A stretch of 64,000 nucleotides of DNA from Octopus sinensis. Lineage: Eukaryota. Both the position numbers and the translations under genes were made by a program. Shown one piece after another: positions 54,306-64,000 of this stretch. Below the pieces are notes generated by a model. That model saw nothing but the letters and a program-made list of their open reading frames with translations, was not told the origin of the DNA and did no database searches. How positions within the stretch are numbered: position 1 is the stretch's first letter; each line of letters opens with the position of its first letter. The stretch is taken from NCBI RefSeq assembly GCF_006345805.1, contig NC_043018.1, forward strand, positions 25,854,001 through 25,918,000. Reading direction: 5' to 3'.

Positions 54306-54379
54306 TCTCTGATGATGGAATTCCCAGTGCGTGGACATGCTAACCAACCACTTGAGTTATTCCAGAAACGGCTGTAAGA
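54306..54379 (+). ncRNA. Candidate hammerhead motif
   Basis: tct-CTGATGA-tggaat[37 nt]attcca-GAAAC-ggct-GTA-aga; 6-bp stem II, 3-bp stem I, GUA triplet. Confidence 0.5.
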
Positions 54380-54661
54380 CTTCAAAATCATCTTACCCTA
54401 ATTAAATTACTCCAAATGACTTGAGATATTCGTCCTGACTTCGTTTTGCTTTTTTCTTTCTCTAATATAATGTGTAGCTGCTATAACGGAACCTTAATCC
54501 GAATCCCTAGATCCAGTGTCAGCTGTGAAATCGGATCTAACAGACGACCAATTCTAGCACTTACTCAGCGTACCTATTCGTTTAGATCACCAGTGAAATA
54601 AAACCCCTTATATTCTATATAAATATATATCGATCTATAAATATATATATGTTATATATAT

Positions 54662-54728
<67 letters not shown>

Positions 54729-56194
54729 GTATGTGTGTGTATGTATGTACATGCATACATACATACATACACAAAGAGGAAGTTATGTATATATATACTG
54801 TTGTATATTGTGTATATATATGTATATATATAGAGAGAGATCGATATATATTTATATATATACATGTGTGTATGTATGTATATGTATTAATGTATGCATA
54901 TATGTTTACACTTATATGTGTGTATATGTATGTATTGGAATATATGTATGCTTGCCTGTGGGTGGGGTTCGTGTGTAATGTAGCTTGCATAGTTTCTAAT
55001 GGAAGTCTCGGATGCCGGCCGAGTTACCGAGTTACGTCAACGTAACGACATTATCACTTATAGCAGAAGCATTTCAACAAGAGCAACAACAACAACTACA
55101 ACAACCAAACCAACAACCACCACCACCACCTCCACCTCCACCACCATCACCAACTACAACTTTAACAACGACAACAACAGCAATAATAGAAGCGCCGACA
55201 CATCACTCATAATATATTGTCACCATCACGTAGTAAACATTGGCTCACAGCAATCAGCGAACGTGAAATAATAGAGAATCTCCTATGCCTTCTCCCCTAC
55301 CTATTGGTCCTCCTCTGTCTCCTACTCACCATTTCCTCCTCCTGGTAATGTTTTCTATTATTTCTTCATTTGGGTGCTTTAGTTCTACCCCCCCCCTTTC
55401 TCTGAGAATCTTGACTTTGGCTCTCCTCCTCTGCCACTTTCATTTAATTACGTTACGTATCTATATCCATTTCCTCCTGGGCGTCTGTGTGCATGTGTGT
55501 ATGCGTGTGAGTGTGTGTGTATGTGTGTGTGTGTGTGTGAGTGTGTGTGTATGTGTGTATGTGTGTGTGTATGTGTGTATGTGTGTGTGAGTGTGTGTGT
55601 ATGTGTGTGCCTCTGTTTGTTTGTGTGTGTGTGTGTGTGAGTGTGTGTGTATGTGTGTGAGTGTGTGTGTATGTGTGTGTGAGTGTGTGTGTATGCGTGT
55701 GCCTCTGTTTGTTTGTGTGTGTGTGTGTGTGTGTGCGTGCGTGTGTGCGTGTGTGTGTATGCGTGTGGCGTCTGTTTTGTTTGTATGTGTGTGTGTTGTG
55801 AGTGTGGTGTGTGTATGTGTGTATGTGTATGTGTGTATGTGTGTATGCGTGTGCTTCTGTTTGTTTGTGTGTGTGTGTGTGTGTGAGTGTGTGTGTGTGT
55901 GTGCGTGTGTGTGTATGTGTGTGTATGTGTGTGCGTGTGTGTGTGTGTGTGTATGTGTGTGAGTGTGTGTATCCTATCAATCTTCTATATTGATCGATCT
56001 ATCGCTCTTCAAAGCTGCCTTCACACCTACCACTCTATCTAACTACTAACATATTTATGACTTTCAACCTCGTCTTCAAGCTTATATATGCGTACGTATG
56101 AGAGTGTGTGGAGTGTTTATATATATAAGAATAAGTGTGCGCGTGCGTGTGTTTACACTTCATGTTTGAGGCCTTGGTGATACTGTACTTTGGT

Positions 56195-56294
56195 NNNNNN
56201 NNNNNNNNNNNNNNNNNNNNNNNNNNNNNNNNNNNNNNNNNNNNNNNNNNNNNNNNNNNNNNNNNNNNNNNNNNNNNNNNNNNNNNNNNNNNNN
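56195..56294. other. Assembly gap (100 N)
   Basis: Run of N. Confidence 1.
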
Positions 56295-56388
56295 TGTGTG
56301 GATACACTTTAATGTTTGTACATATATAATGGTGTGTGTGGTGTGTGGTGTGGTGTGTGTGTGTGTATACACTTTAATGTTTGTACAC

Positions 56389-56420
<32 letters not shown>

Positions 56421-56440
56421 ATACACTTTAATGTTTGTAC

Positions 56441-56472
<32 letters not shown>

Positions 56473-56600
56473 ATACACTTTAATGTTTGTACATATATAT
56501 ATATGTGTGTGTGTGTGTGTATACACTTTAATGTTTGTACATATATATATATGTGTGTGTGTGTATACACTTTAATGTTTGTACATATATATATATGCAC
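56295..56600. repeat. Minisatellite: 6 copies of tacactttaatgtttgtaca separated by variable (TA)n(TG)n
   Basis: Core copies at ~56303, 56367, 56422, 56473, 56522 and 56565. Confidence 0.9.
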
Positions 56601-57111
56601 AAATTTATATAGCATGTGTGTGTGCATATATATAATACTTGTGTATATATATACATACACACACACACATATATATATATATAAGCGTACTATATGCATA
56701 CACGCATAAATATAAATAAATATATCTATATGAAATTTCTGTCTCTCGTTCCCCCACTCTTATGTATGTATGTACGTACGTACACACACACACACACATA
56801 AGCATCGGTGTATATATTGTATAACCACAAAGGTTCAATATTTAGACAGGGCAGCGCATTGTGTAAGCACTTCGTTTCCCCCGTGTACTCTTCTCGCCCT
56901 GCAGCTGAGCTGTCACATTCTGAATCTTCTACTGAGGGAAGCGCGACGACGACAGGGCGAGGGTTTCTCTTTCGGCTTGCGACTCTACAGACACCGTATA
57001 CTATTTGCGAAAACATGGTACATGGTGTGTGTGTGTGTGTGTGTATTTAAAAAGCAGACCCCCCACACACACATTCACCATCGCATATATGTGTGTGTGT
57101 GTGTGTATAAT

Positions 57112-57742
57112 AGGCTCTGTGTTAAGAAACTTGCTTCTTAAGCATGTGGTCTTGAGGTCAATTCCTTTGCGAGACATCTTGGGCGAATGGCATTTACTAG
57201 GGCCTCGGGCCAACCAAAGGTTTGCGAGTGGATTTTGGTAGATGGTAGCTACGTTCTGAGTTCAAATTCCGTCGAGGTCGACTTTGCCTTTCATCCTTTC
57301 GGGGTCGATAAATTAAGTACCAGTTACGCACTGGTTCGATAAAATCGACTTAATCCGTTTGTCTCTGCTTGTTTGTCCTCTCTGTGTTTAGCCCCTTGTG
57401 TGTAGTAAAGAAATAGGTAGCTGGAAGATGCCTGTCCTACATCCATCCATCCATACACAAACACACACACACGCTTATATGTATGATGACTCTTTATATA
57501 TATGTGCTTGTGTGTATCTTTCACTTGACATCATGTGATCGTTGTAAACGGGCATCACCGTGGTGTAAGCGATTGTTTTTTTTTTTTTGTTTTTCAATCC
57601 CCTATGAAAAGCATGTCTGGCCATGGGGACATATTATTACTGCCTTGTCTGGAAACAGGTAAAGGTTGGCGACATAGAAAAATTACCTCGACAAATTCCG
57701 TCTGATCCATAAAAAGCATGGAAATGTGGACGTTAAATGATA
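57112..57742 (+). mobile_element. Old family-A-headed SINE with an alternative (RTE-type-like) tail, interrupted by SINE B
   Basis: Head 57112-57250 resumes at 57416; tail ttgacatcatgtgat...ggttggcgaca...gcatggaaatgtggacgttaaatgat; related minus copy at 61362-61590. Confidence 0.6.
57251..57415 (+). mobile_element. 5'-truncated SINE B with 7-bp TSD (ggtagct)
   Basis: ggtagct at 57244-57250 and 57416-57422. Confidence 0.85.
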
Positions 57743-58151
57743 TGCGTGTGCGTGCGTGAGTGTGTGTGTGTGTGTGTGTGTGTTATGCTTATATCCGGTT
57801 CTTTATCTTGTTGAGTTCATTTTCGCCTTTCATCTCGCTCGGGGTGAGGCGAGAGGTGGCCATAAAATAAAGTACCAGCAAAATACTGGTGTTGACGGCG
57901 TTGACGAACTCCCTCCCTTTAAATAGCTGATGTTGTGTTGGATTGAGAAACCGTTATACATATGAGTATATATGTGTGGTGTGTGTGTGTGTATGTATGT
58001 ATCAATGAATTTATTTGCGTGTGAATGAATCTATGTATGAGTGTATGTATGACATATATATATACTGACATACATACATGTATACCGGAGTAAACACATA
58101 AATGTGAAACAAGGTGGAAAAAAGAGTACTCAAATACCAGGGGTAGAGTAA

Positions 58152-58231
58152 TATGCTTTATTTAAAAGCAGCAGAAAATTCACAGAGTAACAGGTTTTGT
58201 TGAATTTTCTGCTGCTTTTAAATAAAGTATA
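58152..58231. repeat. Hairpin with 31-bp arms (probable pLTR remnant)
   Basis: tatgctttatttaaaagcagcagaaaattca and tgaattttctgctgcttttaaataaagtata; one mismatch. Confidence 0.85.
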
Positions 58232-58617
58232 TATATGTATATATATATGTATGTCAATGAATTTGTGTATGTATGCATGTGAACGTGTGTGTATATATAT
58301 ATATATATGCACATGTATGTGTCAATTTATGTGTATGTACGCACGGTAATGCATGTGCGTGTGTATATATGTATATATACATATACATACACATTTACAT
58401 ACATACACGCATATATAGATATATACAAATATATAGATACATATATTACACGTATATAAATACATATATGCATATATATATACATGTATGCATATATATA
58501 TATATACAATATATACGCGTTATGTATATATATATATATGCATATGTATATATGCATTATCATATATCTATATATATCTATAATATATATATATATAATA
58601 TATATTATATATATATA

Positions 58618-58845
58618 TTTCTTTATTACCCACAAGGGGCTAAACATAAAGGGGACAAACAAGGACAGACAAAGGGATTAAGTCGATTACATCGACCCCA
58701 GTGCATAACTGGTACTTTATTTATCGACCCCAAAAGGATGAAAAGCAAAGTCAACCCCGGCGGAATTTGAACTCAGAACGTAACGGCAGACGAAATACCG
58801 CTAAGTATTTCGCCTGGTGCGCTAACGTTTCTGCAGCTCACCGCC
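58618..58845 (-). mobile_element. SINE family B, full length, tail type 1
   Basis: Collinear with 6154-6380. Confidence 0.9.
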
Positions 58846-60114
58846 TTGCACATATGTCTTGTATGTATATATATATATAGATACACATACATACATACAT
58901 ATATATATATACACATACATACATACATCATTACACACTCCATACATACATATATATATATCACACATACATACATATATATATATTATAATACACTACA
59001 TACATACATATATATATAATATAACACCATAACATACATATATATTATAGACACCCATACATACATATATATATATATACACACATACATACATATATAT
59101 ATATATACACACATACATACATATATATATACACACATACATATAATATATATATATACACACCCATACATATATATATATATATATATATATAACACAC
59201 TACATATCTATTAATATACATATATATAACACATACTATATATATATAACACACATACATATATATTATATACTATATATACACATACATACATATATAT
59301 AATAATAATACACATATATATATATACATACACATATTATATATATATATACATACACATCTATATATATATATATTATATACATACATACACACATATA
59401 TATATATATAGTACACATACATATATTATATATACCTAATATATATATAATACCACATACATATATATATATATTTACCATACACTATATATATATATAT
59501 ACACACACATACATATATATACACATTTATGTATATATACACATACATATATATATATATATATATACACACACATACATATATATACACATACATATAT
59601 ATATACATACATATTTCATGGCTGTTTCATAAGCAGCTGATCTATGCTATTGATGAAGGCAGGTGGACACGCCTTCTCTGAGGAGTGTTCACCAAACAGT
59701 GAATCATTCTATCAAGAGACTCCTACTGTTTTCTTCATATCCCTCCCCTTTTTTTTTGCACATAAGTTGTAATCCACAGTGAAGCATTATACTATTTAAA
59801 TTTATTTTAGTTCTTTTAATCTACACCATGTTGTGCATAAATATTGTTTGATTAGTGATTAGCTGTCGAGAGTGTAAATATGCTAATTTGGCTATCCATT
59901 AATGCGTTAGTCTAATTTATGACTGTAATGTATAGCAGCAGGTCTTTCCTAATGATTGGGGAAGGAAGCTAGTTTCACTGTCCATGAGGAGTTGTAAAAG
60001 TTAAAAAAAAAGAAATGTAAAATAGTCCATCAAAATATGCCTTCACGACTTTTTCTGCACATTTATAGTGTGAGAAGAATGAATGCCTATATCTTTATTT
60101 AACCCTGAGAGACG

Positions 60115-60154
<40 letters not shown>

Positions 60155-60284
60155 ATATATATATACATACATACATACACATATATATATCAGCACATGA
60201 TCTTAGATCAAGTCACTTGCCATGCAAGTACATCTCCGTTATCTATATATATATATATTTATGTGTGTGTGTATATCTGTTATC

Positions 60285-60799
60285 AGTTACTTGTTTCAGT
60301 CATTAGACTGTGGCCATACTGGGGCACTGCCTTGAAAAATGAATTGCACCTAGTTCTTCTTATTTTTCATTCTAAGCCTGTTACTTATTCTATCAGTCTC
60401 TTTTGCTGACCCACTAAGTTACAAAGACACAGACAGACATACACCTAGAGATATATATGTGTGTGTGTGTGTATATACACACACTCGCACAATAAGGGTC
60501 AAATTATGATCATAAAAAAAACTCCAATTATATCAGTGGTCAGCATGTAATTAAAAACCATATAAGTAAAGATTAACATATATATATATATAATTATATA
60601 ATTATAATTAAGAGTACTGAGAAAAGTACTAATGTGCTAGAAACAGAAGTCAAAATTACTCTAAACCACATTCTGCACTCCATTAGCACAGGGAAAGTGA
60701 AGGAATGAACAAATAGATTTAGCGAAACATTATTGGATGATCTCTCTCTTTCTCTACATTTATATATATACATAAATATGTATACATACACATATACAT

Positions 60800-60895
<96 letters not shown>

Positions 60896-61058
60896 TGACA
60901 GGCTTCTTTCAGTTTCCAAAGTCATTCAATTTACTCACAAGGTTTTGGTTGGCCCAAGGCTATAGTAGGAGACACTTGCCCAAGGTGGCATGCAGTAGGT
61001 CTGAACCCGGAATCTTGTGGTTGGGAAGCAAGCTTCTTACAGCACAGACACACCTACA
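60285..61058 (-). mobile_element. SINE family A pieces (tail 60285-60440, head 60897-61058) separated by repeats
   Basis: gtttcagtcattagactgtggccatactgg; aggcttctttcagtttcc...tgggaagcaagcttcttac. Confidence 0.7.
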
Positions 61059-61109
61059 CTTGTATATATACACATACATACATATATATATAGAGAGAGA
61101 GAGAGAGAG

Positions 61110-61331
61110 AGCTGGCAGAAACGTTAGCACGCTGAGCGAAATGCGTAGCCGTATTTCGTCTGCCGTTACGTTGTGAGTTCAAATCCCGCAGAGGTCGACT
61201 TTGCCTTTCATCCTTTCGGGGTCGATAAATTAAGTACCAGTTACGCACTGGGGTCGATATAATCGACTTAATCCCTTTGTCTGTCCTTGTTTGTCCTCTC
61301 TATGTTTAGCCCCTTGTGGGCAATTAAGAAA
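61110..61331 (+). mobile_element. SINE family B, tail type 1
   Basis: gagctggcagaaacgttagcacg...gtttagccccttgtgggcaattaagaaat. Confidence 0.9.
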
Positions 61332-61647
61332 TATATATATATATATATATGTATGTATAAACGAGTCTTTTATCTCCACTTTTCCATGGAGGCAGATGGA
61401 GTTTATTGAGGCAGGTTTTCTACAGCTGCATGCCCTTCCTGTCATACAACTCTCACTGTTTCTGTGTAAGGTTCCATTTTTCCCCCATGACCAGAAGATG
61501 TTTTTGCTGAATGTTGGAAAGGAGTAACATTGATTATATGACAGTGAAAACTCGTACAACTATCATGTGATGTCAAAACCAGAAAAGACAAAAACATACA
61601 CACACACACACACACACATATGCATACACACACATATACATTGTCTT

Positions 61648-61915
61648 ATTCTTTTACTTGTTTCAGTCATTTGACTGTGTGGCCATGCTGGAGCACTACC
61701 TTTTAGTCAAACAAATCGATGCGCCAGAACTTATTCTTTGTAAGCTTAGTACTTAATCTATTGGTCTCTTTTGCCGAACTGCTAAGTTACAGGGATATAA
61801 ACACACCAACATCGGATGTAAAGCGATGATGGTGTGACAAGCGCAGACACACACACACGCATAAATACATACATACACACACACACACACATACATACAT
61901 ACATACATACATACA

Positions 61916-62000
<85 letters not shown>

Positions 62001-62178
62001 CACATTTATATACGATGAGCTTCTTTCAGTTTCTGTCTCCCAAACCCACTCACAAGTCTTTGGTTGGCCCGAGGCTGTCGCAGAAGACACTTCCCTAAGG
62101 TGCCATGCAGTAGGAGTGAACCCAGAACCATGTGGTTGGGAAGCAGGCTTCTTACAACACAGCCACACCTGTGCCTAT
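61648..62178 (-). mobile_element. SINE family A, full length with expanded internal microsatellite
   Basis: Tail, body and head motifs in order on the minus strand. Confidence 0.85.
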
Positions 62179-62635
62179 AGCCATGCCTGCATCTATACAT
62201 GTACATATATTATCATCACCATCATCATCATCATTTATTGTCTGTTTTCCATGCTGGCATGTGTTGGACAGTTTGATAGGATCCAGTGAGCTGCAGGGTG
62301 ACCTCATGCTCTGCGTCAGCTTTGGCATGGTTTATAAGGCTGAACACCTTTTCTGATGCCATTCATTTTACTGAGTGTAGTGGGCGTTTTTAGCTTTCTT
62401 TCTTTTTTGTCACCAACAGCAGTGGGGTGACCAAGTAATTTGTAAGGCAAAAAAAAAAAAAGAACAAGAGAAAGAAGGAAAAAGCTCCTGTTACTAAGTG
62501 AGATACAGGTATTTGTTGGGATGGTGGGATTTTAAGTATGGTAGGACATATATACATATATATACAGAGTGGACCAAATGTCATATTTGACATTTTATTT
62601 ATATTAAAACTATTATTATTATTATTATTATTTAA

Positions 62636-62844
62636 GGTTGCAAGCTGGCAGAATCGTTAGCATACCGGGCAAAATGCTTTGCGGTATTTCACTTGTTGCT
62701 GTGTTTTGAGTTCAAATTATGCTGAGGTCAGCTTTGCCTTTCATCCTGTTGGGGGTCAATTATATAAGTACCAGTTATGTGCTGGAGTTGATGTAATTGA
62801 CTCAATCCCCTCCCCAAAGCTGCCCTTGTGGCAAAAATTTGAAA

Positions 62845-62879
<35 letters not shown>

Positions 62880-63310
62880 TATTATTATTATTATTAAGGT
62901 GGTGAGCTGGCAGAATTGTTAACGCACTGGACAAAATGCTTTGCGGTATTTCGTCTCTTTATGTTCTGAGCTCAAATTCCGCTGAGGTCGACTTTGCTTT
63001 TCATCCTCTCAGGGTCGATAAATTAAGTACCTGTTGCTTACTGGGGTCAATCTAATCGACTGGCCCCTTCCTACAAAATTTCAGGCCTTGTGCCTATAGT
63101 AGAAAAGATTATTATTATTATTATTAAGGCAATCAGCTGGCAAAATTGTTAGCATTGTTACGTTCTGAGTTCAAATTACGCTTAGGTCGACTTTGCCTTT
63201 CATCCTTCAGGACTGATAAATCAAGTACCAGTTAAGTCCTGGGGGGTCGATGTGATCAACCTGATCTTTCCCCCCAAATTTCAGGTCTTGTACCTACAGT
63301 AGAAAGGATT
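62636..63310 (+). mobile_element. Three tandem SINE B (tail type 2) copies separated by (ATT)n
   Basis: Units ~62636-62850, ~62898-63110 and ~63128-63310. Confidence 0.85.
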
Positions 63311-63336
63311 ATTATTATTATTATTATTATTATTAG

Positions 63337-63728
63337 TGCAGGAGTGGCTGTGTGGTAAGTAGCTTCCTTACCAACCACATGGTTCAGGTTCAGTCCCACT
63401 GCGTGGCACTTTGGGCAAGTGTCTTCTACTATAGCCTCGGGGCGACCAAATCCTTGTGAATGGATTTGGTAGACGGAAACTGAAAGAAGCCCGTTGTATA
63501 TATGTGTGTGTATTTGTGTGTCTGTGTTTGTCCTCCCAACATCGCTTGACAACCGATGCTGGTGTGTTCATGTCCCCGTAACTTAGCGGTTCGGCAAAAG
63601 AGACCGATAGAGAAGTACTAGGCTTACAAAGAATAAGTCCTGGGGTCGATTTGCTCGACTAAAGGCGGTGCTCCAGCACGGCCGCAGTCAAATGACTGAA
63701 ACAAGTAAAAGCGTAAAAGAGAAAGAGT
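63337..63728 (+). mobile_element. SINE family A, near-consensus full-length copy
   Basis: gcaggagtggctgtgtggtaag...aaaggcggtgctccagcacggccgcagtcaaatgactgaaacaagtaaaag. Confidence 0.92.
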
Positions 63729-63730
63729 AA

Positions 63731-64000
63731 GGCAGCGAGCTGGCAGAATCGTTGGCACACTGGGCCAAATGCTTAGTGGCATTTAGTCAGTCTTTACGTT
63801 CTAAGTTCAAATTCGGTCGAGGTCAGCTTTGCCTGTCATTCTTTCAGGGTCGATGAATTAAATACCAGGGAAACACAAGGGTTGATGTACTCGATTGGTC
63901 CCCTCACCCAAATTTCAGGCCTTGTGCCATTAGTAGAAAAGGTTATTATTATTATTCTTTTCTACTCTAGGTACAAGGCCTGAAATTTTGAGGGAAGGAC
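63731..64000. mobile_element. SINE B (tail type 2, plus strand) followed tail-to-tail by a minus-strand SINE B tail at the window edge
   Basis: ...tttcaggccttgtgccattagtagaaaagg-(tta)n-cttttctactctaggtacaaggcctgaaatttt. Confidence 0.8.

Larger units (their letters stand above)
53890..54470. mobile_element. Large imperfect palindrome (PLE pLTR inverted pair) with a hammerhead motif in each arm
   Basis: ~53890-54080 is the reverse complement of ~54265-54470; the centre carries 3x atagaagaataaagagtaa(ag). Confidence 0.8.

Noticed and set aside
54999-55271. Q/P-rich and T/N-rich small ORFs resembling transcription-factor low-complexity regions
   Set aside because: Built on (CAA)/(CCA) repeats; no domain or convincing splice sites.
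56295-56600. CRISPR-like repeat-spacer appearance
   Set aside because: Spacers are (TA)/(TG) microsatellites, there are no cas genes, and the context is eukaryotic.
56890-56965. Possible pre-miRNA hairpin (ctcgccctg...cagggcgag)
   Set aside because: Only about 11 bp of basal pairing and a poorly paired interior; no mature miRNA that I recognise.

Overview
AT-rich, microsatellite-saturated eukaryotic non-coding DNA (intron or intergenic), with two 100-N scaffold gaps. The repeat repertoire resembles an octopus/cephalopod genome; this is an inference from recalled repeat style, not a database result. I found no intact host protein-coding gene, rRNA, canonical tRNA or CRISPR array. Nearly all ORFs in the supplied track are translations of (TA)n, (CA)n, (TACA)n and (CAT)n repeats. 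The window contains: (i) dozens of tRNA-derived SINE copies, labelled here families A-D, built from swappable head/core/tail modules; (ii) decayed LINE fragments (CR1/L2-like, an RLE-bearing R4/Dong-like piece, a possible Tx1/L1 3' end); (iii) five Tc1/mariner relics or MITEs and a hAT-Charlie-like MITE; (iv) many Penelope-like element (PLE) remnants (RT and GIY-YIG pseudogenes, inverted pLTR hairpins). The most interesting signal is a set of minimal, palindromic-stem-III type I hammerhead ribozyme motifs in these PLE remnants. The best preserved are at 30722-30795, in both arms of the 41427-41697 hairpin and in both arms of the ~53890-54470 hairpin. Other notable items are a SINE-LINE shared 3' tail with a covarying stem-loop, a local inverted duplication (1259-1448 vs 3504-4148) and a 14-bp minisatellite made of TALE and E-box/MYB-like motifs.
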